Shown here one piece after another: positions 63,746-64,000 of a stretch of 64,000 nt of DNA. The stretch is from contig JALFXR010000046.1 of NCBI GenBank assembly GCA_022787405.1, positions 2,365-66,364 on the forward strand, in the 5' to 3' direction. A program made the position numbers and the translations under genes. Source of the stretch: Bacillota bacterium. GTDB taxonomy: Bacteria; Bacillota; Clostridia; Peptostreptococcales; Anaerovoracaceae. Each line of letters begins with the position of its first letter. Position 1 is the stretch's first letter. Below the pieces are notes generated by a model. That model searched no databases. It was not told the DNA's origin and was given only the letters and a program-made list of their open reading frames with translations.

Positions 63746-64000
63746 ATGCCCCTATGAGATATTTGCGGCTTTCTTCGGGCCTTATTATCTTGTCAGCATA
63801 TCCGCACCTTGCCATGGCCTCTGCACTGCACTGATTTTCCTTATATTCGGCAGCCTTTTCTTCAAGTGCCTTCAGGCTGAGATTCGGGTATAAAATATCA
63901 GCAGCATACAAAGGATTTATTATCTGCACTGAAGCATCATCCCACATAAGAGTATAGTCCATACCGCATCCCTTGCTGTTAAATACACTGTAATAGCTTC
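63717..64000 (-). CDS. Acyl-CoA carboxyltransferase (12S-type; methylmalonyl-/glutaconyl-CoA decarboxylase alpha) C-terminal part, 5' end off-window
   Basis: The frame is open to the window edge (..SYYSVFNSKGCGMDYTLMWDDASVQIINP...). The C-terminal end CGYADKIIRPEESRKYL is typical of carboxyl_trans proteins. Confidence 0.7.
   Translation of the reverse strand, partial: SYYSVFNSKGCGMDYTLMWDDASVQIINPLYAADILYPNLSLKALEEKAAEYKENQCSAEAMARCGYADKIIRPEESRKYLIGAFETLANVRR

Noticed and set aside
1-64000. Scan for rRNA and tRNA genes, a diversity-generating retroelement (next to the giant surface proteins) and an integrase/recombinase
   Set aside because: I recognised no tRNA- or rRNA-like conserved blocks, no reverse-transcriptase ORF, no template/variable repeat pair, and no tyrosine or serine recombinase ORF in the six-frame track.

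Overview
The window looks like a low-GC Firmicutes (Clostridia/Lachnospiraceae-like) chromosome. Almost all genes are on the minus strand, in three blocks.

(1) 1-17.7 kb. A seven-gene minus-strand operon encodes a 1953-aa secreted protein and a 473-aa membrane protein, both with DUF4430 (transcobalamin-like) signatures. It also encodes a MoxR ATPase, a DUF58 protein, a transglutaminase-like membrane protein and a secreted beta-propeller. Two tandem cobalamin-riboswitch-like leaders, each with its own terminator, precede the operon. A third, textbook cobalamin riboswitch sits upstream of an SseB-family gene. An SGNH-like gene, a PQ-loop gene and a divergent LysR regulator follow.

(2) ~17.7-55.5 kb. 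An integrative conjugative element (ICE) of the Clostridiales type. It carries:
- transfer genes: CHAP hydrolase, VirB4, PrgI, VirB6-like, Maff2, VirD4, PcfB, relaxase, MobC;
- replication/processing genes: DUF3846, DUF3991-Toprim, DUF5688, and a 2388-aa ArdC-N/methyltransferase/SNF2-helicase polyprotein;
- a 2626-aa thioester-type LPXTG-like adhesin;
- DinD, RadC, ParB and ParA.

Its right end abuts a start-less 3' fragment of the sporulation regulator gene spoIIID, so the element appears to interrupt spoIIID. No integrase and no spoIIID 5' half are in the window.

Cargo in the ICE includes an AT-rich two-gene ABC-ATPase + Toprim-like module (candidate defence system) wedged inside the T4SS cluster, and a Schlafen/AlbA_2-type gene. 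A tnpV ORF with its own strong RBS is nested in the +1 frame of the giant polyprotein ORF.

(3) 55.7-64 kb. Housekeeping genes: threonine aldolase, an ECF sigma/anti-sigma pair, an Lrp/AsnC regulator, an aminotransferase and a Na+-translocating biotin decarboxylase cluster.

I saw no rRNA, tRNA or CRISPR array. Coordinates for RNA elements, promoters and terminators were read by hand and are approximate (a few nt).
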